Shown here: one piece after another, positions 9,088 to 18,607 of the stretch
Layout of the letters: every line of letters begins with the position of its first letter
Position numbering within the stretch: position 1 is the first letter of the stretch
DNA from: a virus
Reading direction: 5' to 3' (one strand)
Length of the DNA stretch: 64,000 bases
Virus record (IMG/VR): IMGVR_UViG_3300002835_000015
Coordinates: 64,001-128,000 of that record
Position numbers and translations under genes: made by a program
The notes under the pieces: generated by a model
Told to the model about the DNA's origin: nothing
Databases searched by the model: none
The model's input: the letters and a program-made list of their open reading frames with translations, nothing else

Positions 9088-10754
9088 GTCATCCCTCTAG
9101 CTTTCAGCATTTCGATTCTTTTGTTTTCCCAAAAATTTCTTCTTTGGCATAAATAAGCCATTTGATCATAAGCGGTATTAAAATCAAATGCATTTCTGCT
9201 ATTTTTTCCATCAAACATAGATGAATTTTCATTAAAATACATTCCACCAGTTGTGGATGTAGAACTTTGATATGTCAAATCTCTTATCATCCTTGATTCA
9301 AAGTATGAATTTAATCTTTCTGGTTCTCCTAGCACTTCCGCAATGAGCCATCTAGCAATATCTTTATGCGGTATGTTATTAGGTAATTTTTCTGGCTTTG
9401 GTTTTGGGGTAGATATCCTTGGTTGATTTTTCCAATTATCAAAATCTTCTGATATTTCTATACTATCAAAGAAACTTTCCCAAGCACTTCCGCTCTTATC
9501 CCACTGATAATGCTTTAGAAACGCTTGTCTGGTATCAAAACCTAGTCTTCTTCTTATACTGACAGGCTGTTCGAAAAACTCTTTAAACTTTTGAGCGGCT
9601 AATATATTGTCTGGAACCGCTCTAAAACATCCAGTTTCAAGTTCTTTGTATAAAGCTTTTGGAGTAAGTGGAGTTCCACCAAGATTTCTGACTACACTTT
9701 CCATAGCAGAATAATCTGTGGCCATTACTGGTACTCCACATGCGGCGGCTTCTACTTGTGGTAATCCAAAACCCTCACAATTAGCATACTGAACATATAG
9801 ATCAAACAAGTTTATGATCTTAGAAAGTTCTTCATATTCTACGCCGTGCTTTACGTTAGACAAAGATGAACCAAATTGACCAGTATATGGAGATTGTGTA
9901 ATAGCACCCTTAAATAAAGATGGGAAAGGTTTTCCAGTTTGTCCACATATATATGTAAAATATACTTTAGATGATAGCTGGTATTGCTGTAATAACTCTG
10001 GAATGTCCCAACCTAAGTCGGGGTAACTTGTATGACAATATAAATAATAATTACTGCTATCTTCTACGCTGTCTAATAAAAGTCTAAATGCTTGAAATAA
10101 ATCTGGATATAATTTTCTTCGCTGGTTTCTCATCACTGTTCCAATAATTTTAGCATCTGGATTAATTCCCATTGATGCTCTAAGTCCAGCCTTATCTTCT
10201 ATTGGTTGATAAGCACTGTGTGCAGACGGAGGAGAAATGCCAATATAGTTTATCTTACCGCCAGACTGTTGTTTCAATACCTCGCCAGCCCACTCAGAAT
10301 ATGTTAAACAGGCATCAGCGGATTCATATGTTGATACCCACTGCCTAGCCTGCGGTCTAGCATCTACTGTGGGCATAATGCACCATTTAAAATTTCTTCT
10401 AAAGGGCGACCGTTCAGCAAAATCAAGCATCCAAAAATCTCGTATATCGCATACAACGTCTGGTAAAAAGTCTAAACATACATGCTCAAACATTGTTTCT
10501 CCAAACTGAGCCATTGGATTTTGTGCGTATTGATCTTTTTCTTCTTGTGAGCAGGAATTGTCTGGAACAACTCCATAAAATTTCCAAGGTATATTTGATG
10601 CTCTTGGGTCGCTTCTTTCGCCATATGAAGCCATTTCCGCAATATCATACTTGCCAGTGCTGTATAAATAATTGAGTATTTCTCTTGTGTAAGTAGCATA
10701 ACCAGTATTTAAAAATGTTGCTTCACTGCAAAATAATATTCTGGGTTTTCTCAT
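9084..10754 (-). CDS. Large GT4 glycosyltransferase
   Basis: TGYA, RNQRRK, EGFGLPQVEAAACGVPV. Confidence 0.85.
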   Translation of the reverse strand: MRKPRILFCSEATFLNTGYATYTREILNYLYSTGKYDIAEMASYGERSDPRASNIPWKFYGVVPDNSCSQEEKDQYAQNPMAQFGETMFEHVCLDFLPDVVCDIRDFWMLDFAERSPFRRNFKWCIMPTVDARPQARQWVSTYESADACLTYSEWAGEVLKQQSGGKINYIGISPPSAHSAYQPIEDKAGLRASMGINPDAKIIGTVMRNQRRKLYPDLFQAFRLLLDSVEDSSNYYLYCHTSYPDLGWDIPELLQQYQLSSKVYFTYICGQTGKPFPSLFKGAITQSPYTGQFGSSLSNVKHGVEYEELSKIINLFDLYVQYANCEGFGLPQVEAAACGVPVMATDYSAMESVVRNLGGTPLTPKALYKELETGCFRAVPDNILAAQKFKEFFEQPVSIRRRLGFDTRQAFLKHYQWDKSGSAWESFFDSIEISEDFDNWKNQPRISTPKPKPEKLPNNIPHKDIARWLIAEVLGEPERLNSYFESRMIRDLTYQSSTSTTGGMYFNENSSMFDGKNSRNAFDFNTAYDQMAYLCQRRNFWENKRIEMLKARGMT

Positions 10755-11416
10755 ATAAAAAATCCTATTTCTTTATCTGTTCCGGGTGAATTTTTTCTGT
10801 AAGTTTCATATCTTGAGAAGGCTATGAGCCGGTTTTTATATACGCAGCACCACCTATTATTCATTGGAGTTTCTTGTCCTATACCTATAATTTTATCATT
10901 ATCAATATAGTCATTTGATATAACCTCATCTACTGAAAGGAAGTTTTTAATATTTTTATACATATCTCTAGTAGTAAAATAGAAGGCGTCATTTGATGAG
11001 GTCGGATTCATTATGTCTAATATGCAATTTTTAATGATTGGGTGATCTGATTCACAATATAAAAGAGCTTGAAATGTAGTATTCTGGCAAGCACCAGAAT
11101 TAATGCTGAAAAATTCTATGTTATCAGAAATATAACTTGATATTGGGGCAATATGTTCAATGTCTATATCGCAATAATAACCACCATACTTTAGTAGATA
11201 ACAATATCTAAAAAAATCACCTCTTGTGCATCCAAGATTTAGGCTATTAAAAAAGTCTACATACGATGAATCGTATTCTTTTGATAAGAATGAAACAATA
11301 TCATTATCTGTAAAAAAGAGTAAATTTTTATCTGAATTCAATCTTTTGATGTTATTGAATACATAGTTAGGAATATTATCATTTCTATATGTTAGTATGA
11401 TATTATTTGGTATCAT
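10751..11416 (-). CDS. GT32 (Och1-like, DXD) glycosyltransferase
   Basis: MIPNNI, DFFRYCYLLKYGGYYCDID, HPII. Confidence 0.85.
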   Translation of the reverse strand: MIPNNIILTYRNDNIPNYVFNNIKRLNSDKNLLFFTDNDIVSFLSKEYDSSYVDFFNSLNLGCTRGDFFRYCYLLKYGGYYCDIDIEHIAPISSYISDNIEFFSINSGACQNTTFQALLYCESDHPIIKNCILDIMNPTSSNDAFYFTTRDMYKNIKNFLSVDEVISNDYIDNDKIIGIGQETPMNNRWCCVYKNRLIAFSRYETYRKNSPGTDKEIGFFI

Positions 11417-11728
11417 TCAGTCCTCAATGTCGCCATGGCAAAAATCAAATTCATTTACCCTAAATATTATTTCAGAACTATCCTTATCTGGATGTTTGGC
11501 AGAAGCACTAACCACTAATTTGGTTCCTTTTGTTGCATATTTTTCTATGGTTTCTGCACCAGTATGCCAAGCTTCACAATTTATATAAGTTGGAATTCTA
11601 TTTTTTTCCCCGCTTTTAGTTTTGCGGTAAGTATAGACTACCATAGTAAATTCTGCTAAAACTACATCATTCACAACAGAAACGTTGGGATTTTCTACTA
11701 AATATCCCGTAAAAGAACATATATTCAT
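11417..11728 (-). CDS. ssb: Single-stranded DNA-binding protein (short OB fold)
   Basis: MN.CSFTGYL..P, YINCEAW..AE.I.KY..KG. Confidence 0.75.
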   Translation of the reverse strand: MNICSFTGYLVENPNVSVVNDVVLAEFTMVVYTYRKTKSGEKNRIPTYINCEAWHTGAETIEKYATKGTKLVVSASAKHPDKDSSEIIFRVNEFDFCHGDIED

Positions 11729-11779
11729 TCAAATCTCCTATCTTAATATATTAGCAACGACTGATCAAAAAAACAACCG

Positions 11780-13351
11780 TTAAATTTCATGAATCTTATC
11801 TACTATAAATGATGTATCTTTATCACTTACTGACCCACAGAAAATTAAGTTGTTTCCTTCATATAGAATATATTTATACTTTTCACGGGTCTTTGGAAAT
11901 ACTATAACACTGTCTAATATGCACGTATCATCCTCTATAGTCAAAAATGACATGACCTGACCCTTAGATTCGCCTTTATTGATGGTATAATCTGATAGTC
12001 TTTGAATGTTGGCAACTACGCACATATCCTTACCCTTCTTGCCATTGATTATTTCTTTGCAAGTTGTGTTAGCAGCAGAAGTGTCAGAAGTCTCAACCTT
12101 CGTCATTGTAACTGGACATCCTAGAAATTTGACCTCTTGATCTATAATCCAAGTTGGATCGTCTTCTAGATCATACGGTGGACTTACTAATAGTTGTATT
12201 TCATTTTCTATAGCCTGCTTCCTGTCAGCTTTGCTAGTTCCACCACCATCTTTTTTAGTCGGTGCTAAATCTCTCAAGCAATCCACAAAGGAACTCCACT
12301 TTTTATCACTATAATGATTTAATATCCAAGTCTGTTCTGCTTTGGTGAGAGTTCTATAAATTTCATAATCATAGAGAGCTTTGTTTCTAGTAACACTGCT
12401 CTTGAAATTTCTAAAGAATCCTATTGAGGCTAAAGCCTTGAATGCAGTAGAGCTAATATTTGATCCTATAAAAAGCAAGATTTCAAGCCAAGTAAATTCC
12501 TTTACTGGTTTACTCAAAGTCTTTTCAGCTTCATTTATAGTTTCTATTAACTTATCTCCGGTCGCACCCGTTAGTGACTTTACATCCTTAATACCAAAGT
12601 ATATCTTACCACGCTTAATATTGAACTTTCTTTCAAAGTTGGTTAAGCTTGGAGTTCTTGTCTCAATATCAAATAGTTTTGCCTCAGATATCAATTCATA
12701 AACTTCTTGATGAGGGTCTTGCTTTTCATTCGCGTAGAACAGGTAAGACAAAAAGAATTCCTTGGTGTTATGAGCCTTAAAGTATGCACTCCAATAAGAA
12801 CATACAGCATATGAAACACTGTGGGATTTATTAAATGCGTATCTTGATGATTTCTCAATCCATCCGAAAATTTCTTCTGCGTTCTCCTTACTTACAATTC
12901 CAACACGCTCTGCCCCCGCTATGAATGATTTTTTGACTTCATTCATGAGGTCAGCCTTTTTCTTTCCAATGGCCTTACGAAGAACGTCTGCCTCTTGTAA
13001 ATTGAAACCAGCGATTTTCTCTGCTATACGCATAGACTGCTCTTGATATACAAGAACTCCATATGTTGGCTTTAGAATCTCTTCAAGTGCTGGATGAAGA
13101 TATGTTACTTCTTCTCTACCGTGCTTACGGTCTACATAATGCTGGGTCATGCTTTTCCCATCAACAATTGCTTTCAAAGTTCCCGGCCTAATGATAGCAA
13201 TTAGTGCTGATAGTTCTTCAATATTATTTGGTGCAACTTTTTTAGACCATGATTTTCCAAGGTTACTTTCTAATTGAAAGATTCCCTTAGTCTTGCCTTC
13301 TGCGAACAGTTGCCAAGTTGTTTTATCATTATAGTCTAAATTATTTAACAT
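11780..13351 (-). CDS. dnaE: DNA polymerase III alpha, C-terminal part (fingers, HhH, OB)
   Basis: GIFQLES, RPG, TYGVLVYQEQ, LRKAIGKK, YAFNKSHSVSY; likely start MLNNLDY at 13351. Confidence 0.9.
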   Translation of the reverse strand: MLNNLDYNDKTTWQLFAEGKTKGIFQLESNLGKSWSKKVAPNNIEELSALIAIIRPGTLKAIVDGKSMTQHYVDRKHGREEVTYLHPALEEILKPTYGVLVYQEQSMRIAEKIAGFNLQEADVLRKAIGKKKADLMNEVKKSFIAGAERVGIVSKENAEEIFGWIEKSSRYAFNKSHSVSYAVCSYWSAYFKAHNTKEFFLSYLFYANEKQDPHQEVYELISEAKLFDIETRTPSLTNFERKFNIKRGKIYFGIKDVKSLTGATGDKLIETINEAEKTLSKPVKEFTWLEILLFIGSNISSTAFKALASIGFFRNFKSSVTRNKALYDYEIYRTLTKAEQTWILNHYSDKKWSSFVDCLRDLAPTKKDGGGTSKADRKQAIENEIQLLVSPPYDLEDDPTWIIDQEVKFLGCPVTMTKVETSDTSAANTTCKEIINGKKGKDMCVVANIQRLSDYTINKGESKGQVMSFLTIEDDTCILDSVIVFPKTREKYKYILYEGNNLIFCGSVSDKDTSFIVDKIHEI

Positions 13352-14021
13352 ACAAATTTCCGTCAGCAAAAGCCTTATCAAAGTTCATGTTTTGGTATAC
13401 CGCACGATGAGTTTTCATAAGCTTAATAAATATATTTGCTTCATCTTTAACGTCCTGTAGAGCATCGTGAGCATTGTCAAAACTTAAGCCCATTCTCTCA
13501 CGCAAAGAATCCATGCTTATAGATCTAACACTGGGATCGCTTTCAGTCCAAGCAAATACACTATCCATGATATCTATCTTATAGACTCTACTGAATAGTT
13601 TTTGCTGCTCTCTCTCTTTGTCCCAAGGTCCAAAATCTCTACATAGTCTGTTTATTATGTGCATATCGAAGCCAATTATATTAAAACCAACAGGGATAGG
13701 ATTAAAAAATGGTTCACCCTTCCAGTTGTATTGATCAACAAATTTTGTAAATTTATTCCATACGGACTTTAAGGATGGTGCTAATTCTAATTGCTCCCTT
13801 GTCTTCTTTGTTATCTTTAGAGCTTCATCTTGTATGGGGTCAAATCCAGCCGCTATAGCTTTTTCATCATCAAAAATAGGCTTAATTTCACTGTTGAATT
13901 GCCCCTTCATCTGCAATGTTCTTCCATCTAAGGCAATAGCGGCGATTTGTGTTGGTTGAGTACGATGTGGATTGCGTGATCCTGTTTCAAAATCAAATAT
14001 AATATAGTCTCTATTAGCCAT
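13341..14021 (-). CDS. dnaQ: DEDDh 3'-5' exonuclease (DnaQ/epsilon-like)
   Basis: FDFETG (ExoI), GFNIIGFD (ExoII), AHDALQD (ExoIII). Confidence 0.85.
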   Translation of the reverse strand: MANRDYIIFDFETGSRNPHRTQPTQIAAIALDGRTLQMKGQFNSEIKPIFDDEKAIAAGFDPIQDEALKITKKTREQLELAPSLKSVWNKFTKFVDQYNWKGEPFFNPIPVGFNIIGFDMHIINRLCRDFGPWDKEREQQKLFSRVYKIDIMDSVFAWTESDPSVRSISMDSLRERMGLSFDNAHDALQDVKDEANIFIKLMKTHRAVYQNMNFDKAFADGNLYVK

Positions 14022-15639
14022 TAGATACTCCTGTTAGTTCTTCAATCTTCATAATTTTATCTAGCAAATTGATTCCTAGAACGTCAAACTTTACGTGGCC
14101 CAGTGCCTCTAAGTCTGCCATTTCAAGTCCAGCCACCTTTTCTGACGAGCCTTTTTGTTTTACCATTGGGCATACCTTTTGAAGTGGCTCTGCTGAAATT
14201 ACCACACCGGCAGCGTGTTTGCCTTGAGTTTTAAATGTTCCCTCTATCTGAATAGCTTGTTCAAAATATTCAGCATACTCTCCCTCAAGTTTTCCATCTT
14301 CTGATATTCTACAGAAATCTCTTAGATCCTCAGAGTTATTAATCAAAGCCCACTTAATAATAGATCGATCTTCATCATCCATTTCTGCTAATTGATCTGA
14401 GATTCTTGCTTCGTCTGGTATACAGTTACTTATAGCATTCATTTCAGAGAATGAGCAAGCCTCATTAACACGTAAAACTTCCTTAATAGCACTCTTTCCT
14501 TGAAGTCTTCCAAACGTTAACATTTGGCTAACTCGACTATTCCCATACTTATCTTTTAGATATGCAATAATTTCATCACGCTTAGTACCGGGAACGTCTA
14601 TATCAATATCTGGTAGAGATATATGATCAGCACTGTTTCTTCCAGCGTTATAAAATCGTGCAAATAGAAGGTCAAACTCTATTGGGTCAATCTTCGTTAT
14701 GCCAATTAAATATGAGATTAAACATCCTGCGGCAGATCCTCTACCGGGACCAGATAGCCAACCCATATCATTAACGTGCTTTATAATATCACGAACAATA
14801 AGAAAATATCCGAATAGATTAGCATCTTTAATAACATCAAACTCTTCCTTGAATCTACTCAAATACTTCTGCTTATCTTCTTCGTTTGATACCTTGTTTT
14901 GATCTATTAATATTTTCTTCCAGCCAATACGACATAGTTCCTTGAGATAATCTTCTTCTGATGCCCCTTTTGGACATTCAAATTTAGGCAACATTGGCTT
15001 GCTGAGAATATCGTAGTCTTCACACTGGTCATAAATCTCTTTTAGTTTAGATGAGTCTAAGCCCTTAGATTCGTCTTTGTCTTTAACGTAGAAAGAGTCT
15101 TGCATAAAATATACCAATTTATCCATATGCTCTTGGGGATATTTTGAGTCTACATTTATACCACCGCTGTTGTCTGGCCTAATGCATTTCTTTATTTTTG
15201 GTAGCGTAGTCTTCATATCAGAACATAATAATATTCTGTGAAGTTTGGCATCTTCCCTATTTGTATAATAACTAATAGGCATTGATTCAGTAGGAGCATT
15301 ATAGACACTAATCAAATTTTTACTGATATTTGTGTTGTCATATTGCTCTGGTAATTTACCATTTTCATCTAGTGATGAAACCATCTCAATTAACTCGTAC
15401 CACCCATCTTTATTCTTAGCAAAAAGTGTAGCAAAATCAAATGAGCATCCAATGATGGGCTTTATACCCTGTTTTTTGCAGGCTTTATAAAAAGCAACTG
15501 CACCAGATAATGTTTTATAATCACAAATACCACATGCTGGATATCCATTATACTTACATTTTTTAGCCAATTCTTCTGGCTTTGAATAACCTTTGAGCAA
15601 ACTGTAATGGGTATAATTCTTCAACGGGAACCAGTTCAT
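14014..15639 (-). CDS. dnaE: DNA polymerase III alpha, N-terminal part (degenerate PHP + palm/thumb)
   Basis: YSLL, GIKPIIG, GPGRGSAAG, PDIDID, GKHAAGVVI, KFDVLG. Confidence 0.9.
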   Translation of the reverse strand: MNWFPLKNYTHYSLLKGYSKPEELAKKCKYNGYPACGICDYKTLSGAVAFYKACKKQGIKPIIGCSFDFATLFAKNKDGWYELIEMVSSLDENGKLPEQYDNTNISKNLISVYNAPTESMPISYYTNREDAKLHRILLCSDMKTTLPKIKKCIRPDNSGGINVDSKYPQEHMDKLVYFMQDSFYVKDKDESKGLDSSKLKEIYDQCEDYDILSKPMLPKFECPKGASEEDYLKELCRIGWKKILIDQNKVSNEEDKQKYLSRFKEEFDVIKDANLFGYFLIVRDIIKHVNDMGWLSGPGRGSAAGCLISYLIGITKIDPIEFDLLFARFYNAGRNSADHISLPDIDIDVPGTKRDEIIAYLKDKYGNSRVSQMLTFGRLQGKSAIKEVLRVNEACSFSEMNAISNCIPDEARISDQLAEMDDEDRSIIKWALINNSEDLRDFCRISEDGKLEGEYAEYFEQAIQIEGTFKTQGKHAAGVVISAEPLQKVCPMVKQKGSSEKVAGLEMADLEALGHVKFDVLGINLLDKIMKIEELTGVSNG

Positions 15640-15675
15640 ATATTTCCTTATTCAAAATCAAGAGATCAACAACTT

Positions 15676-15715
15676 ATTATACCGCCTTGGGGGCCATAAG
15701 TCAATATGACCCCCA
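15676..15715 (-). promoter_or_regulatory. Sigma70-type promoter of dnaE with inverted repeat centred on the -35
   Basis: TTGACT (15704-15699)-N17-TATAAT (15681-15676); arms TGGGGGTCATA / TATGGCCCCCA flank the -35. Confidence 0.7.
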
Positions 15716-15727
15716 TTCAAAATTTAA

Positions 15728-16714
15728 TTACCAACTCTTACACGCCCAATATCGACTTTTCCACTTTGGACCCGGATTATCACAATTGTGTCTAGCTCTG
15801 AAACTCTTACGTCTTTCTGGAATGTTTTTCTTAATTGTCATATTTGGATCGCCAAATCTAACAATAACAACATTTCCACTCTCATTTTTGACGTATACTG
15901 CAAACTTTTTAGGACCATTAGAAGTTCTAAATGGTTTATTAAGAGTAACTTTTCTTCCTTGGTACTCGCTGCCTTCACCCATATACATTAAGACTCTGCC
16001 ATCTTTTTCGTAATAGCCTTTGCGTCTGTATGTATAAACTTCTCCAGTTTTTGTATCTTGATATTCATATGAACCTTCTGTTTCTTCTTCATCGTCGCCG
16101 GTATATTCATCTTCGTATTTCCCCGGTTCATAGTATTTAACGAAATCATATACATTTTGTATATAGATTTCTGCTTTGGAAATCATATCCTTAGTCCAAT
16201 CTTGGAATTCTACTGACAACTGCATAACTTTTAATTTTGTGACTATTTCCATAAGCTGATCGTGCATTTTTTGTATTTGCTCAAGAGCCATTTCATCACC
16301 ACCATCAGATTGAGCTTTTTTCCAAGCTTCTGGATCTGGACGATCTTTGTCGCCCCTTTTTGCTGGCTTGTAGTTTTTACCTTCACGTTCTTTTTTCTTA
16401 CGTATATTTTCCCATAAGCCGGGTTTTTCTGCTGCAATATCATACTCTTCTACTTCTTCGCCAAAGTCTTCATACTCTGCTTGAGTTGGGATATAAAAAT
16501 TTTCTTCTGTGATTTCTTCTTCGTATCCATAATTTTCCATTTGCAATTTAAAATCAGCCGCTTCTACGCACCCACAATCTGCGGTAGCTTGACCAATACA
16601 AATTGCCACTCTTTGAGAATTATCTGGATATTCTTTTTTCATAACTTCGCTACCCATGCATCGTGCTACGAACTTATCTTTGTCTTCATCTTTATTTCTT
16701 TTAGGAAGTGGCAT
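15728..16714 (-). CDS. Modular protein, putative internal head protein
   Basis: Short basic modules (KPGLWENIRKKK; EYQGRKVTLNKPFRT...RRKSFRARHNC) joined by acidic linkers; GGAG SD before MPLPK. Confidence 0.55.
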   Translation of the reverse strand: MPLPKRNKDEDKDKFVARCMGSEVMKKEYPDNSQRVAICIGQATADCGCVEAADFKLQMENYGYEEEITEENFYIPTQAEYEDFGEEVEEYDIAAEKPGLWENIRKKKEREGKNYKPAKRGDKDRPDPEAWKKAQSDGGDEMALEQIQKMHDQLMEIVTKLKVMQLSVEFQDWTKDMISKAEIYIQNVYDFVKYYEPGKYEDEYTGDDEEETEGSYEYQDTKTGEVYTYRRKGYYEKDGRVLMYMGEGSEYQGRKVTLNKPFRTSNGPKKFAVYVKNESGNVVIVRFGDPNMTIKKNIPERRKSFRARHNCDNPGPKWKSRYWACKSW

Positions 16715-17573
16715 AATTGTCTCCAAGTATTAGTTTTTTAGCGTCGTTAAAAATGTTATCTAAGCTTTCTCTGGGTATTCTATTTCTAAAATAGTTGTAA
16801 GCACCCAACACCATTATGTCATTTGGATCTTTAGTTATTTCTAGCCATCCAACGAAATAATTCCAAACCCTGTCCTCTAAGACTAGTCTATATTTAACAC
16901 CTTCTGGTCTACCAAATCTATGTAACCATCCTAGTTGTGGTAAGCATATTGCCCGTCCACCATTTCTTCTAAATTTTTCGTGTATATATCCTTCTTCTCC
17001 ACCAAATCCTTTGAAGTGCTTATTAAAGCCTAGCCAGTTTTTTGTCTCGCATGAAAAAAGTCCAAGCCCCATCATTGGTATATCAAAAGGTTCTCCCTTT
17101 TCGTAAGCTTCTGTATTTGTCCCCCATGTTCCAAACATATCTCCACGCCAAGCGGGATCAAATTGAGTTGAATAACTAACTTGATCGTCATATATCATTG
17201 GTCCTTGTATTATATCTTTGCAGTCTGGATTACTTTCATAGTATTTTAATAGCGATTCTATTGCACCGGGCTTGATTAAAACGTGGCAGTCAATAGATAT
17301 TGCATATTTACCAGACGAGTTAGAAAATATTTCATTTCTTACTGCTGTACTAGCCTTTTCTTCATATGGTATATATTTTACGTGATTTCTAAGCCACCCA
17401 GATACGTCTTTAACAGCCTGCCCGTGCTTTCCTGTTGGATTATTGTCTATAATTATTATCTCATAGTCAATATTTTTTAGTATCTCTTGGTACATTACTA
17501 ACGATTGAGTGGTAAAATACACTCCATCAAAATCGTCATATGTAGCCATTCCTATTGTAAGTAATTTACTCAT
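16701..17573 (-). CDS. GT2-like glycosyltransferase
   Basis: LTIGMATY, EIIIIDN, SIDCH, GFGGEE. Confidence 0.75.
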   Translation of the reverse strand: MSKLLTIGMATYDDFDGVYFTTQSLVMYQEILKNIDYEIIIIDNNPTGKHGQAVKDVSGWLRNHVKYIPYEEKASTAVRNEIFSNSSGKYAISIDCHVLIKPGAIESLLKYYESNPDCKDIIQGPMIYDDQVSYSTQFDPAWRGDMFGTWGTNTEAYEKGEPFDIPMMGLGLFSCETKNWLGFNKHFKGFGGEEGYIHEKFRRNGGRAICLPQLGWLHRFGRPEGVKYRLVLEDRVWNYFVGWLEITKDPNDIMVLGAYNYFRNRIPRESLDNIFNDAKKLILGDNYATS

Positions 17574-17584
17574 ATTTCCTTTTC

Positions 17585-18607
17585 TCAACCGGGAGCAGAA
17601 TAGAATCCAATATCAAATCCTGACCTTGTACAATCCTTTATGGTTTGTTCCATACCATTAGTTTTTATGCTATTCTCTATATATATACACATGTTCTGGT
17701 CGGTTTCGGGCCACTTGTTTTTGCAATAATGGCACAATTTAGTGCATTTCCAGTTCTCTCTATTGGGCGAAATTGGCTGTGGTTTTTCATTCTTTTTGAT
17801 GTCTAGAAACCTTTCCTTTAGCATCTCCAAGAACCTTTTTTCATCAGCTTTATCAAAACACATCGAAAATGGACCACCATCCTTAATAAAAAAGATACTC
17901 ATTATTGACTGCTTGTACTGGGGGAAGAGCTTAGAAATTGCATAATTATATAGCAATAACTGAGGATCTGAACATAGCTTACCATATGTCTTTTCCTCGC
18001 CGGTTGCCCAATCTAGCCTACGACCTGTCTTCCAATCTATTACTTCAATAATACCTTCTTCTGTTTCTGTTACTAAGTCAATAGTACCCTTAATAGCAAG
18101 CTGCCCTTTTATCTTTTGACCATTTACTTCATACTCATAGAAAGCCCAATCTTCATCGATTGGTATATCAAAGTGAGGCTCTGCCGCCACTATTTTCCTT
18201 AGTCTTGGATCAAACTGACCATTGTTATATCTAACAGCGTCAAAACACATTTTTAAACAATCTTCTCTATCTTTTTTGGTAAATTTATTATGAGAAGATC
18301 TATTAGAATAATAATCAAAACTAAGATTTAAAAGTTTATCTATTATCTTATCTGTCAAAAATTCATTTTTATCAATGATAATAGACCCTAAAGCATCATC
18401 TTGAAATTGTATTTTTTTGATCTTTAGATTTTGTTGAATTTTTTCTTTGGTTTTAGCTAATATTTCCATAACCTTGTGGACAATAGTACCCATATCTGCA
18501 CGTTTACCAGACGGTTGATTAAATCCTAAGTTATAAGTAATAAAATAACTCATTTGACAATATTCATATTGGTTATATGAAGAACTTCTAATATAAGTAC
18601 ATAACAT
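17585..18607 (-). CDS. PD-(D/E)XK nuclease, Cas4/RecB-like with Cys cluster
   Basis: SSS...YEYC, GT.VH, GTID, VIDWKTG, QLLLY, C..LC.YC. Confidence 0.8.
   Translation of the reverse strand: MLCTYIRSSSYNQYEYCQMSYFITYNLGFNQPSGKRADMGTIVHKVMEILAKTKEKIQQNLKIKKIQFQDDALGSIIIDKNEFLTDKIIDKLLNLSFDYYSNRSSHNKFTKKDREDCLKMCFDAVRYNNGQFDPRLRKIVAAEPHFDIPIDEDWAFYEYEVNGQKIKGQLAIKGTIDLVTETEEGIIEVIDWKTGRRLDWATGEEKTYGKLCSDPQLLLYNYAISKLFPQYKQSIMSIFFIKDGGPFSMCFDKADEKRFLEMLKERFLDIKKNEKPQPISPNRENWKCTKLCHYCKNKWPETDQNMCIYIENSIKTNGMEQTIKDCTRSGFDIGFYSAPG

Noticed and set aside
11780-15639. Split intein or intron explaining the dnaE break
   Set aside because: No intein N-terminal Cys block or His-Asn-Cys/Ser/Thr junction; the gap is fully occupied by an overlapping exonuclease ORF with no room for intron structure
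16980-16986. Plus-strand GTGTATA inside the GT2 gene
   Set aside because: No plus-strand gene downstream; chance occurrence is expected in AT-rich DNA
17585-18607. CRISPR-Cas locus
   Set aside because: No repeat-spacer array or other cas genes seen in the window
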